From IMG/VR virus record IMGVR_UViG_3300032296_003686, positions 1 to 34,731 of that record: a stretch of 34,731 nucleotides of DNA. The stretch is one strand, 5' to 3'. Below the pieces are notes generated by a model. That model saw nothing but the letters and a program-made list of their open reading frames with translations, did no database searches and had not been told where the DNA came from. Of the stretch, positions 24,764-33,722 are shown piece by piece; the first letter of the stretch is position 1; each line of letters opens with the position of its first letter. The DNA comes from a virus (lineage: Duplodnaviria > Caudoviricetes). A program made the position numbers and the translations under genes.

Positions 24764-26646
24764 GCGAGCCTTCTGCTACGATGCCGCCGCCAGCAAGCGT
24801 GCCGCCGACTGATCCTGCTCTGCGGGAGATGGCAGCGAAGCTGGGGACGATGTTTGACACGGCCGGTGTAACGAGGCCGGATGAGGCGGCGCAGATCGCG
24901 CCGGTGCTGAATTTGAAACTGCCGCCGGATGACCTGGCGAGGGAGGTGGCAAACTTGCTGGCGTCGAAGGACGGCCGGTGGGGGCTGTATCGGTGGCAGC
25001 GGGACATCGTGACGGTGGATGAGCAGGAGGGGGCACGTGAGGTGATGAAGCCGAAGCGCTTCCGGACGTGGCTGCCGACTTTCCGCGGGGTGTATCCGGT
25101 GGAGCGGTGGCAGAAGACGGAGGAGAAGGATGCGCAGGGCCGTGATGTGCTGAAGGCGGTGAAGGGCGGTCTGACGAAGGACCAGGCGGAGACGCTGCTG
25201 GAGAGCGATGTGCTGCGGCTGTCGCTGCCGGAGCTGCGCGGGGTGAATCCGATCAAGATGCCAGTGATGGATGGTGGACTGGATGATCGCGGTTTGCAGC
25301 GGCTGAGGCTGCTGCAGCCTGGCTTTGATGCGGCGAGCGGGATCTACACGTGTCGATCTGGCGTGACCTACGCGGAGGATATGTCTTTCGATGATGCGGT
25401 GAGCTACCTCTGGAACCTGTTTCGCTGGTTTGGATGGCGTGATGTGCAGCGGGATTTCTCGATTCATCTGGCGGCGATGGTGACGATGTTTGGCCGCGGG
25501 ATCTATGCGGGCAAGGCGCCGATGTTTTTCTACAACGCGAACATCCAGGAGAGCGGCAAGACGACGCTGGCGAGCTATGTGACGTGGCTGGTACATGGCT
25601 CGATGCGGACGCGGCCGCTGCTGCCGGATGCGGAGGATAAGCTGCAGGAGCTGCTGAACACGGCGGCGCTGCGGGGGAATCCGTATGTGTTTTTCGACAA
25701 CGTGGACTGGGATGGCCAGCAGGTGAAGACGGTGCTGCTGGATGAGTGGCTGACGAATGCGGAGAAGGAGTTCCGGAAGCTGGGTGGCAATGATGAAGGC
25801 CAGGTGGTGCTGCGAGCGATGACGCTGGGCACGGGGAACAATGTGACGCTGAGCGCTGACCTCCAACGCCGCACGCTGCTGGCGGATCTGCTGAATCGCA
25901 CGACGGGCAGGGATCGCGAGCTGCCTGACAGTGTGGAGAAGCTGGATGCGAAGTTTTTTGCGAACATCGAGAACCGCAAGAAGGGGCTGGCGGCGGTGTG
26001 GGCGCTGATCCGGCAGTGGGATGTGGATGGCCGGCCGAAGTGGCCTTTCCGTGAGCTGGGCTCGTTTAACCAGTGGAGTCTAGTCGTGCCAGCGATCGTG
26101 CTGCATGCGGGCCGCAAAGGGGCAGAGCAGGAGTGGAATTGTCTCCTGGAGCCGCAAAATGAGAATATCGGTGACAAGGAGAGCACGGAGATCCGGAAGC
26201 TGGTGGCTTTTGCGCTCGATGAGTTTGGCGCGAAGGACGATGGGGCGATGCGTGAGGCGTTTGAGATCACGGTGGCGCAGTTTGCGGGCGTGGCTCGTCG
26301 TCATGCGGTGGCGACGCACAAGCTGTGGCCGGAGAAGGACATCGAGTCGGTGATGCAGACGGAGGGCAAGGCGGGAGGCTGGAAATACAGCGCGCCGACG
26401 TCGAATGAGCCGCTGGATGATCTGGAGGACTTTGACCGGCCGCCGGCGATGTCGGCGGATGACCAGGCGAAGCGGGAGAGATCGGCGTCGGAGTGGCTGT
26501 CGCCGAAGACGCGGAGCTCGTTCGGGAACGAGCTGAAGACGCGGCTGCACGAGCTGGACTTCAAGAGCGGCTCCGGCCAGCTCTACCGGCTCACGCACCT
26601 GGCTGGCGTGTCGCCGGCGAGGTATTCTGTCGAGAAGGTGAAGTGA
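24760..26646 (+). CDS. Replicative helicase-like P-loop NTPase (SF3-type)
   Basis: Walker A QESGKTT, Walker B YVFFDNVD, motif C TGNN...DLQRR. ATGA-coupled to the primase. Confidence 0.8.
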   Translation: MSEPSATMPPPASVPPTDPALREMAAKLGTMFDTAGVTRPDEAAQIAPVLNLKLPPDDLAREVANLLASKDGRWGLYRWQRDIVTVDEQEGAREVMKPKRFRTWLPTFRGVYPVERWQKTEEKDAQGRDVLKAVKGGLTKDQAETLLESDVLRLSLPELRGVNPIKMPVMDGGLDDRGLQRLRLLQPGFDAASGIYTCRSGVTYAEDMSFDDAVSYLWNLFRWFGWRDVQRDFSIHLAAMVTMFGRGIYAGKAPMFFYNANIQESGKTTLASYVTWLVHGSMRTRPLLPDAEDKLQELLNTAALRGNPYVFFDNVDWDGQQVKTVLLDEWLTNAEKEFRKLGGNDEGQVVLRAMTLGTGNNVTLSADLQRRTLLADLLNRTTGRDRELPDSVEKLDAKFFANIENRKKGLAAVWALIRQWDVDGRPKWPFRELGSFNQWSLVVPAIVLHAGRKGAEQEWNCLLEPQNENIGDKESTEIRKLVAFALDEFGAKDDGAMREAFEITVAQFAGVARRHAVATHKLWPEKDIESVMQTEGKAGGWKYSAPTSNEPLDDLEDFDRPPAMSADDQAKRERSASEWLSPKTRSSFGNELKTRLHELDFKSGSGQLYRLTHLAGVSPARYSVEKVK

Positions 26647-27218
26647 GGCCCAAGGGGCTACACGTGAGCACGGCGGCGCTCTGTCGCAGCCGCTAACAAC
26701 TCGACAACACGGCCGCTGTGCGGTCGCTTCTGCTCTGCGCCTCGGCGAAGGCGAGAGCTCCGGCGCAAAGCGCCGCTCGATTCCTCTCCCGCGCCCTCTC
26801 CCGACCTCTCGAATTGCGAGAGGTTTAAGGAGCAACCTATCGGACCTCTGGCGAAGTGTCATCGCAATCGTGAGAAACGGGCGCTTTTTCGTCCATAGGT
26901 CTGGCGGGGCAAAGTGAGCAATGGAGAAACCTCTGTGCCGCTGCGAGGCTTGAAAAATAAGGGATTTGGAGAGGTAACAGAGCTAAGATAGGTTTTTGAG
27001 GACAGGTCTTTGTTCCAGTGTTTCGGTTCTGTGTCGCAAAAACCTCGCATAAGACACTACTCCTGACGATCCTCTGTTTTCGGCACGCCATCCCCCCCCG
27101 TTAAGGAGGCTTCCGGCACTACTGCCTCGCACCCCTGAGCAGCGCTCCCTCAGGCAATCGTTATAAACGGCACTGTTTTTGTTTGTGACACTGTTGGTTT
27201 TGACACTGGGGCGGGAAT
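26647..27218. other. Non-coding region: candidate replication origin and packaging (cos/pac) site
   Basis: Lower GC, eight ACCT(C/A)T copies in both orientations in 26804-26993, located between helicase and terS. Confidence 0.55.
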
Positions 27219-28085
27219 GTGGCTGCCGATGACAAGTTTGAGCTAAAAGCCCCCGCAGTGCCTCAAAGCGCTTCGGGGCCGCGCTATTTGCGGGCTGCGC
27301 ACGACTATGAGCATCTCGGCATCGGCCGCCGGACCTTTTTCCGGTGGAAGGACTATGGAGCGTCGCGCGGAGACTGGCCGCCGTTTGATGCGCCTGCGCA
27401 GCTTGAGGCCTGGTATCAGCGAATGCGGGAAGCTGGGCTGTTTAAGCACCAGTTTCCAGCAGATGTTCGAGAGGCCATCGCCGAGTTTCTGGCAAAAAAT
27501 GCCCCCAGCGGCCCCGGTGTGGCAACCTCACCGACGGCCCCGGTGTCCAGTTTTGCAGCTTCGCCGCCTGATTCTGCGCTTCCTCCGCCCTTGGTGGACG
27601 AAGAATTCCAGGGCCTCGAACACGAGCTGCACCAAAAACGCGCCCGCGTCGTGGCACTTCGTCAGGCTCGCGACGCCTTTTACGCCGCCGGAGACCGCGC
27701 GCAGGGCGATTTGCACGACGCTCGCTACAACGACGCCTATTCCGAGCTCACTATTGCCGAAAAGCGCACCCTCGAAGTCCTCGAACGCCGCAAGCTCCTC
27801 ATCTCCCGCTCCGGCGTCGAGCAGGATCTCGCGCCTCGCATCACCGGCATCGTTGTCGGTGGCATGCACTTCCTGGAGCGCATCGAGCCCCAGCTCGACG
27901 CCATCGTCGATCCCGCCGAGCGCCGGGCAAAGCGCCGCGCCCTCTGGGTCGAGCACTGCACCCAGCTCATGCAGGGGAAATTCGTTCCCGACTTCATCCG
28001 CCGCGCCCCGGCGGAGCTTTGGCAGGAATGCGCCGCCTGGCTCCAGTCCAAAGCGCCGCCGCCTCTGACTCTCGACGCTGCATGA
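27219..28085 (+). CDS. terS: Terminase small subunit (Nu1-like)
   Basis: N-terminal HTH LGIGRRTFFRWK, coiled coil, ATGA overlap with terL. Confidence 0.75.
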   Translation: MAADDKFELKAPAVPQSASGPRYLRAAHDYEHLGIGRRTFFRWKDYGASRGDWPPFDAPAQLEAWYQRMREAGLFKHQFPADVREAIAEFLAKNAPSGPGVATSPTAPVSSFAASPPDSALPPPLVDEEFQGLEHELHQKRARVVALRQARDAFYAAGDRAQGDLHDARYNDAYSELTIAEKRTLEVLERRKLLISRSGVEQDLAPRITGIVVGGMHFLERIEPQLDAIVDPAERRAKRRALWVEHCTQLMQGKFVPDFIRRAPAELWQECAAWLQSKAPPPLTLDAA

Positions 28086-30295
28086 TCACCACCGCGACCG
28101 ACACCGATGCGCCATCGGGAGCTGCCGCCCCGCGTCTCACCGTCCCCGCCGCCTACCTCCGCACCGCCTCGCGCTCCTACTTCGACCGCGACCGCGCCGA
28201 GGCCGCCTCGTTTCTCGATCGCATTTTCTCCACGCATGCCCGCATCGAGATCCCGCCGCCCATTCTCGACTGGGTCCGGCAAAACGTCATGCTGGAGGCC
28301 ACTGAGTCCAAACAGTTCCCCGGCTACTACGACCCCAATCTCTCGCCCATCTGCACCATCCTCTTCGACTTCATCCAAAGCGAGCACTGGCGCGAGTTCA
28401 TCTGCGTCAAGCCTTCGCAGATCGGCATGACGCTCGCCTTCCTCGGTGCCTTGATGCACAAGATCAAATTCGCGCCGCGAGACGTGGCCATGGTCATCAA
28501 CAACCGCGAGGAAATCCAGCGCATCGGCAACAACCGCCTCAAACCGATGATCCACGCTTGCGAGGCCATCCGCCAGCGCATCCCGGCAGACAAGGACAAG
28601 CTGCAAAACATGACGCTCTACCTCATCGGCCTCACCATCTACCTCCTCGGTGGCAACAGCGTCGGTGGCCTCGCCAACAAATCCCTCGACTGGTGCGAAC
28701 TCGACGAGGTCGATGAAACGCCCGAGGAAATGAAAGGCGGCGAATCCACCGCCGTCGATCTCGCCCGCGACCGCCTCAAGCGTCAAGACGGCTCCAAGCT
28801 CTTCGTCATCTCCAAGCCCCGCAACGAAGACGACATCATCTGGCCCGAATACTTGCACGGCTCCCGCCACAAAGTCTTCGTCCCCTGCCCGCATTGCTCC
28901 GGCACCCTCCCACCGCAGGCCACCGACGACTCCGCCCGCCTCTTCGATCACCTCCCGCAGCCGCTCCCGCCTGGCTATCAGATCCTCGTGCGCAGCGGCC
29001 TCCGCTATCAGCATTGCCGCCGCGAAAACTCCCGCCAGTGGGACCTCCAGCGCATGCTCATCGACACGCACTACGAGTGCCTCTGGTGCAAAGGCAAGAT
29101 CGAGGAAAAACACAAGTCATGGATGCTCCGCCATCGTCTCTACTTTCCCACGAATACCCCCGACGGCGCACTCCAAGACGACTGCACCACCTTCCGCACC
29201 GACCGCGATCCCACCGAGACCGATGCCGACTCCGGCCATCCCCAGCCCGTCCCGCGAAAGCTCAGTTTCCAGTGCTCCGACTTCTACGCCCTCCCCCATC
29301 AGCCCGATTCCACCTTCGGGCACCTCGCCGTCGAGATCGTCACCGCCACCAATCTCTCCAAACAGCGCAAATTCCGCCGCTCCCGCGAAGGCTTGCCTGT
29401 CCAGCGCCAAACCAGCGACAACGCCCGCACCCTCGCCCACATCCTCGCGCTTCAAGGCACCCACGCCCGCCGCCACTGCTCCCGCGTCCCTCGCATCGTC
29501 ATCATGGGCGTCGATACGCAGCACTACGGCCGCAAATGGGTCAAAGCCGCCTTCTACGACGACGATTCGAGCGAAATCATCGACTACGGCATCGTCTTCA
29601 AAGGCTTCGACGCCCTCGTTGACGAAGCCCTCAAGCCCATCATCGTCGATGACTGGGGTGACACGCCCGAGGAAGATCGCATCCCGCCCGTCGTCGAGAT
29701 CGCCCTCATCGACGAAGGCGACGGCGCATTCACGAAACGCGTCCTCGCCTTCTGCGCCTCCCCTCGCGCCCGTCGTCTATTCTGGCCCGCCAAAGGCCGC
29801 GGCGGCTCCCAGACCGCCAGCATGCCCGATCTCGTCACCAAACAGGCCAAAAACATCTACGACCGCCAAGCTCTCCCCCGCTACCTCTTCAATTCCGACG
29901 CCTTCCATGAAGAACTCTACGACGAGCGCATCGCCCGCGCCGCCGAGATCGCCACCGCCCTCGCCAATCACCTCACCCCGCCCGCCGGCCAGCTCCGCTT
30001 CTTCAAAAACCCGGATACCGACCTCTGCCTCGAATTCACCACCAAACGCCGCTGGACCGAAGAAGACGAAAAAGCCCGCGCCTCCGCCAAACGCAAGCCC
30101 ACCACCGGCCGCCGCCAGAAGCTCCTCAAAGTCGGCGACTGGTTCCGCGACGGCGGCCCCGAAGACTTCGCCGACGCCTTCATCGAATGCCTGGTGGCGT
30201 GGTATAAAGTCAAACCCCGCCAACAACCGCTCAATGAGGACAATGAGGCCGCCGAAGACGATGATTCTGAGGCGGATCAAGACCTCGCCGACTAA
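28082..30295 (+). CDS. terL: Terminase large subunit, lambda GpA family
   Basis: KPSQIGMT Walker A, ELDEVDE Walker B, ISKP, FVPCPHC...YECLWC zinc motif, IMGVDTQ nuclease. Confidence 0.93.
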   Translation: MITTATDTDAPSGAAAPRLTVPAAYLRTASRSYFDRDRAEAASFLDRIFSTHARIEIPPPILDWVRQNVMLEATESKQFPGYYDPNLSPICTILFDFIQSEHWREFICVKPSQIGMTLAFLGALMHKIKFAPRDVAMVINNREEIQRIGNNRLKPMIHACEAIRQRIPADKDKLQNMTLYLIGLTIYLLGGNSVGGLANKSLDWCELDEVDETPEEMKGGESTAVDLARDRLKRQDGSKLFVISKPRNEDDIIWPEYLHGSRHKVFVPCPHCSGTLPPQATDDSARLFDHLPQPLPPGYQILVRSGLRYQHCRRENSRQWDLQRMLIDTHYECLWCKGKIEEKHKSWMLRHRLYFPTNTPDGALQDDCTTFRTDRDPTETDADSGHPQPVPRKLSFQCSDFYALPHQPDSTFGHLAVEIVTATNLSKQRKFRRSREGLPVQRQTSDNARTLAHILALQGTHARRHCSRVPRIVIMGVDTQHYGRKWVKAAFYDDDSSEIIDYGIVFKGFDALVDEALKPIIVDDWGDTPEEDRIPPVVEIALIDEGDGAFTKRVLAFCASPRARRLFWPAKGRGGSQTASMPDLVTKQAKNIYDRQALPRYLFNSDAFHEELYDERIARAAEIATALANHLTPPAGQLRFFKNPDTDLCLEFTTKRRWTEEDEKARASAKRKPTTGRRQKLLKVGDWFRDGGPEDFADAFIECLVAWYKVKPRQQPLNEDNEAAEDDDSEADQDLAD

Positions 30296-30391
30296 GCCTC
30301 AGCCTCCGTTCGCCACCCGTCACTCCGGTCAATCCCGTCAATCCGGTCCCTCTCTGTCCTCGCGCGGGCTTTGACACCCCGCCGCCTTCGC

Positions 30392-30691
30392 ATGGCGGAC
30401 AACCGACTCAAAAACCTATGGCTGCTCGACGCGGAAGACGCCGTCGGCACCGATGCGACCGCGCAGATCACCTGGCTCAAGGCCAAACGCCGCGAATACA
30501 GCCCCGCCATCGCCGCCGGAGACTGGGAAACCCAAAGCGCCAGCGGCGAGGCCGGTTCCTCCAGCTCCAAGCGCGGCATTTCCGATCTCGACCAGCACGA
30601 CGCCATCCTCGCCGCCATCCGCTACCTCGGCGGCTCCGACATCGGCGGCGGCAGCCTCCTCCAAGTCCAATTCACCCCCGGCATCGGCTGA
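30392..30691 (+). CDS. gpW-like head completion protein
   Basis: 99 aa between terL and portal, as in lambda-like gene order. Confidence 0.6.
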   Translation: MADNRLKNLWLLDAEDAVGTDATAQITWLKAKRREYSPAIAAGDWETQSASGEAGSSSSKRGISDLDQHDAILAAIRYLGGSDIGGGSLLQVQFTPGIG

Positions 30692-30743
30692 TTCATCCTC
30701 CTCCGCCTCCGTCTCCTGCTCCGCCTCCCATGATTCGGCTCTC

Positions 30744-32393
30744 ATGACCACCTTCCGCACCCGCCTTTCCAACGCCATCGGCGCCCTCTTCGCCAAAGGC
30801 CCGCAAAACGCCGTCAGCGGCGATTCCAGCTCCGCCCCCGCCACACCCTGGGGCACTGGCGTCACCGGACGCGGCACCGATCCCACCGGCATGTCCACCC
30901 GCGCGCTGCAGGACATGAAGCCCATCGAGCGCCGCACCTCCATCACACGCTCCCGCTTCATCTGCAACCGCACCGGCCTCGGCCGCGCCATGGTCGAAGG
31001 CAGCGGCCGTTACGCCATCAATGAAGGCCTCGTCAGCTACGCCGCCACCGGCGATCAAGAATACGACGACTCCTGCAACCGCGTGCTCGATGCCCTCTTT
31101 GAAGCCAGCGGCGAAGAGACCTGCATGGACATCGCCGGCGGCCGGAATTGGTATGAGATGCAGGAAGTCGTCGCCCCGCAAATGATGATGGATGGCGACT
31201 GCGGTGCCGCCAAAATCCTCCGCCGCGATCTCAACGGCCGCGTCGTCGATACCCCCAAGCTCCAGCTCTTCGCCACCGATCAAATCAGCGACGGCTTCAC
31301 ACCCTGGAGCACGATGAATCCAGGGGCAAAACAGAACTGGAGCGAAGGCGTTCTGCGCGATGAATTCGGCAAAGCCATCAAATACCGCATCCAGCTCGAC
31401 GCCGCGCCCGGTTATCCCCGCAGCCCGATCTACGGTGCCGCCATGAATGGCAGTTTCGCCGAGTTCGACGCCCGCGATTTCATGCTCGTCCTCGATCCGA
31501 AGCGCATCGGCATCGGCCGCGGCCTCCCCTGGACGCATCACGGCCAAAGCAGCGCCATCACCATGATGGATCTCAAAACCCTCGAAGAATCCGCCGCCTA
31601 CCTCAACGCCTTCTTCGGAGCCGTCATCACCACCCCCGACGGCGAAATCCCCGAAGGCTTTGAGCGCGAAGTCATCAAAAACCGCGCCACCAAAACCAGC
31701 GAAAAGCGCGGCACCGGCACCGAGGAAACCGAGATCATGCGCAAATACGCCAACTTCATGGGCGGCGCGTTGATCCCCGTGCTGCGCGAGGGCGAAAAGC
31801 TCGAAATGGTCAAAAGCGAGCGCCCCTCCCTCACCTTCACCGGCTTCATGGACTGGCTCGTCAACGACATCGCCTGGGGCTTCGGCATCCCGCCCTCCTT
31901 CGTCTGGGCCATCGCCGGCCGCACCGGCCCCGAGACGCGTTTCACGCTCTCCCAGGCCGATTGGTTCTTCAAATTCATCATGCGCCGCATGATCTCCCGT
32001 TTCTGCAAACCCACGCGGGACTTCGTTATCCGCTGGGGACTCCTCACCGGCCGCATCAACAACGGCCGCCCGCCTAAAAACGGCGCATCCCCCTTCCTCT
32101 GCCGCTGGCACGGCCCGCGCAAAATCACCATCGACGAACGCTACTTCTACAAAACCTGGCTCGATCGACTCGACAAAGGCCTCGGCACTGAAGAGGAGTT
32201 CTACGCCGATCTCGGCCTCGAAGCCTCCGATGTCCGCCGCGCCCGCGTGCTGGAGGTCAAAGCCTGGCTCGACCTCTGCGAAGAGCACGGCGTCCCCTAC
32301 GAGCTCGTCCGCCAAAGCATGCCCGGCAGCACCCCCGCCGGCGTCAGCGCCCTCGACCTCGCCGATGCCATGCAGCAGGCGCAGCAAAACTGA
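30744..32393 (+). CDS. Portal protein, lambda family
   Basis: MMDGD, GVLRDEFGKAIKY, RGLPW, L.EGE, RPS..F..F....IAWGFGIP motifs. Confidence 0.92.
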   Translation: MTTFRTRLSNAIGALFAKGPQNAVSGDSSSAPATPWGTGVTGRGTDPTGMSTRALQDMKPIERRTSITRSRFICNRTGLGRAMVEGSGRYAINEGLVSYAATGDQEYDDSCNRVLDALFEASGEETCMDIAGGRNWYEMQEVVAPQMMMDGDCGAAKILRRDLNGRVVDTPKLQLFATDQISDGFTPWSTMNPGAKQNWSEGVLRDEFGKAIKYRIQLDAAPGYPRSPIYGAAMNGSFAEFDARDFMLVLDPKRIGIGRGLPWTHHGQSSAITMMDLKTLEESAAYLNAFFGAVITTPDGEIPEGFEREVIKNRATKTSEKRGTGTEETEIMRKYANFMGGALIPVLREGEKLEMVKSERPSLTFTGFMDWLVNDIAWGFGIPPSFVWAIAGRTGPETRFTLSQADWFFKFIMRRMISRFCKPTRDFVIRWGLLTGRINNGRPPKNGASPFLCRWHGPRKITIDERYFYKTWLDRLDKGLGTEEEFYADLGLEASDVRRARVLEVKAWLDLCEEHGVPYELVRQSMPGSTPAGVSALDLADAMQQAQQN

Positions 32394-32402
32394 ACGGCAT
32401 GA

Positions 32403-32451
32403 GGGTCGACACGTGTCGACCCCGCTCCAGCCTCCGGAATTCCGGAGGCTG
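32403..32451. repeat. Two adjacent perfect palindromes (20 bp parS-like, and 24 bp CAGCCTCCGGAATTCCGGAGGCTG)
   Basis: 32403-32422 and 32428-32451. Confidence 0.9.
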
Positions 32452-32482
32452 AACCCGTCCGCTTTGACACCCGCCGCGCATC

Positions 32483-33673
32483 ATGCGCCGCGATCAACGC
32501 TCCAAAGCCACCCTCGTCACCAATCGTGCCCTCACGCCCGCCCCGGCCACTTCAGCCGCCCCGCGCTGGTTTGAGATCACCAACCTCGCCGAAACCGGCG
32601 TCGCCGAAATCAAACTCCGCGGTTACATCGGCATGCCAAAGACCGAGCGCGACTACTGGACCGGCGAACTCGTCAACACCGGCGGCGCCGGCACCCTGCA
32701 GGAATTCGAAGCCGAACTCGAAGCGCTGGGCCCCGTGAAGAAAATCCAGCTCTCCATTTTCAGCGAGGGCGGCGACGTCTTCACCGGCATGGCCATTCAC
32801 AACCTCCTCGTCCGCCATCCCGCCAAGAAGACCTGCGTCATCGATGGCATCTGCGCCAGCGCCGCCACCTATCCTGCCCTCGCCTGCCAGGAGATCCAGA
32901 TCCCCAGCAACGCCTGGATGATGATCCACGGCTCCGAGGGCTGCTGCTGCGGCAATGCGCAGGAGATGCGCGACTACGCCGATCTCCTGGACAGCGTCAA
33001 CGCCTCCATCGTTAACCTCTACGCCACCCGCACCGGCAAAACCGCCGCTGAGATCACCACCATGATCGAAGACGAAACGTGGATGGACGGAGCCAAGGCC
33101 GTCGAAATGGGCTTTGCCGATACCATCATCGAGCCCCTCCAAAACCTCGCCGCCCGCGCCGCCACCATTCAGCCCACGAATGTCGCCGTGCTGCGCCACG
33201 CCCCCGCCGAGGTCCTCGCGTTGTTTGACATGTCCCGCATCTCGAACACCGCCCGCGTCCCACTCCCATCCCTGCTCATGCAAACCACACCCGCTGCCCC
33301 TCAGAATGCCGCCACTCCGACGACTGCCCCCGCAGTGAGTGCGGCCCCCGCTCCTCAACCTGCTGCTGCTCCCGCCGCCCCGGTCAATGCCGCCGCGCCT
33401 GCTGCCCCGGCAGCCGCCGCGCCGCCCGCTGATCTCGCCACGCAGATCACCAACGCCGTCAACGCCGCCGTCGCCCCGCTGCAGGCGGAGGTAAAGCGCC
33501 TCACCGATCTCAGCAATCACGGCATCACCCCCACCAATCTCGGCGGTGCGCAGCCCGTCGCCGCCACAACCACCCCGGCCGTCGAAAACACTCTCACCCG
33601 CGCAGAATGGTCGAAGCTCTCCCCGCACAACCGCGCCGAGTTCCACCGCAAAGGCGGCAAGCTCATCGACTGA
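32483..33673 (+). CDS. clpP: ClpP-type head maturation protease fused to scaffold-like C-terminus
   Basis: FSEGGDVFTGMAIHN, IDGICASAAT (Ser), MMIH (His), ETWMDG..AVEMGFAD, then Ala/Pro linker and helical tail. Confidence 0.92.
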   Translation: MRRDQRSKATLVTNRALTPAPATSAAPRWFEITNLAETGVAEIKLRGYIGMPKTERDYWTGELVNTGGAGTLQEFEAELEALGPVKKIQLSIFSEGGDVFTGMAIHNLLVRHPAKKTCVIDGICASAATYPALACQEIQIPSNAWMMIHGSEGCCCGNAQEMRDYADLLDSVNASIVNLYATRTGKTAAEITTMIEDETWMDGAKAVEMGFADTIIEPLQNLAARAATIQPTNVAVLRHAPAEVLALFDMSRISNTARVPLPSLLMQTTPAAPQNAATPTTAPAVSAAPAPQPAAAPAAPVNAAAPAAPAAAAPPADLATQITNAVNAAVAPLQAEVKRLTDLSNHGITPTNLGGAQPVAATTTPAVENTLTRAEWSKLSPHNRAEFHRKGGKLID

Positions 33674-33722
33674 TCCACCCGCCTCAATCCACTCATCACA
33701 TCCACCTCAGATTTAAATCATT

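Noticed and set aside
24853-24873. TTTGACA motif copy inside the helicase gene
   Set aside because: It fits the Y|R spacing but has no downstream start or gene boundary, so it may be chance. It was not counted.
20136-25866. Long antisense ORFs (for example 20992-23538, 24487-25866; likewise 30693-32387, 6794-8413)
   Set aside because: High GC and biased codon usage leave antisense frames stop-free. They overlap well-supported genes and show no motifs.
26692-26830. Further attC site starting GCTAACAACTCG
   Set aside because: No matching arm or GTTAGC box found at a suitable distance.
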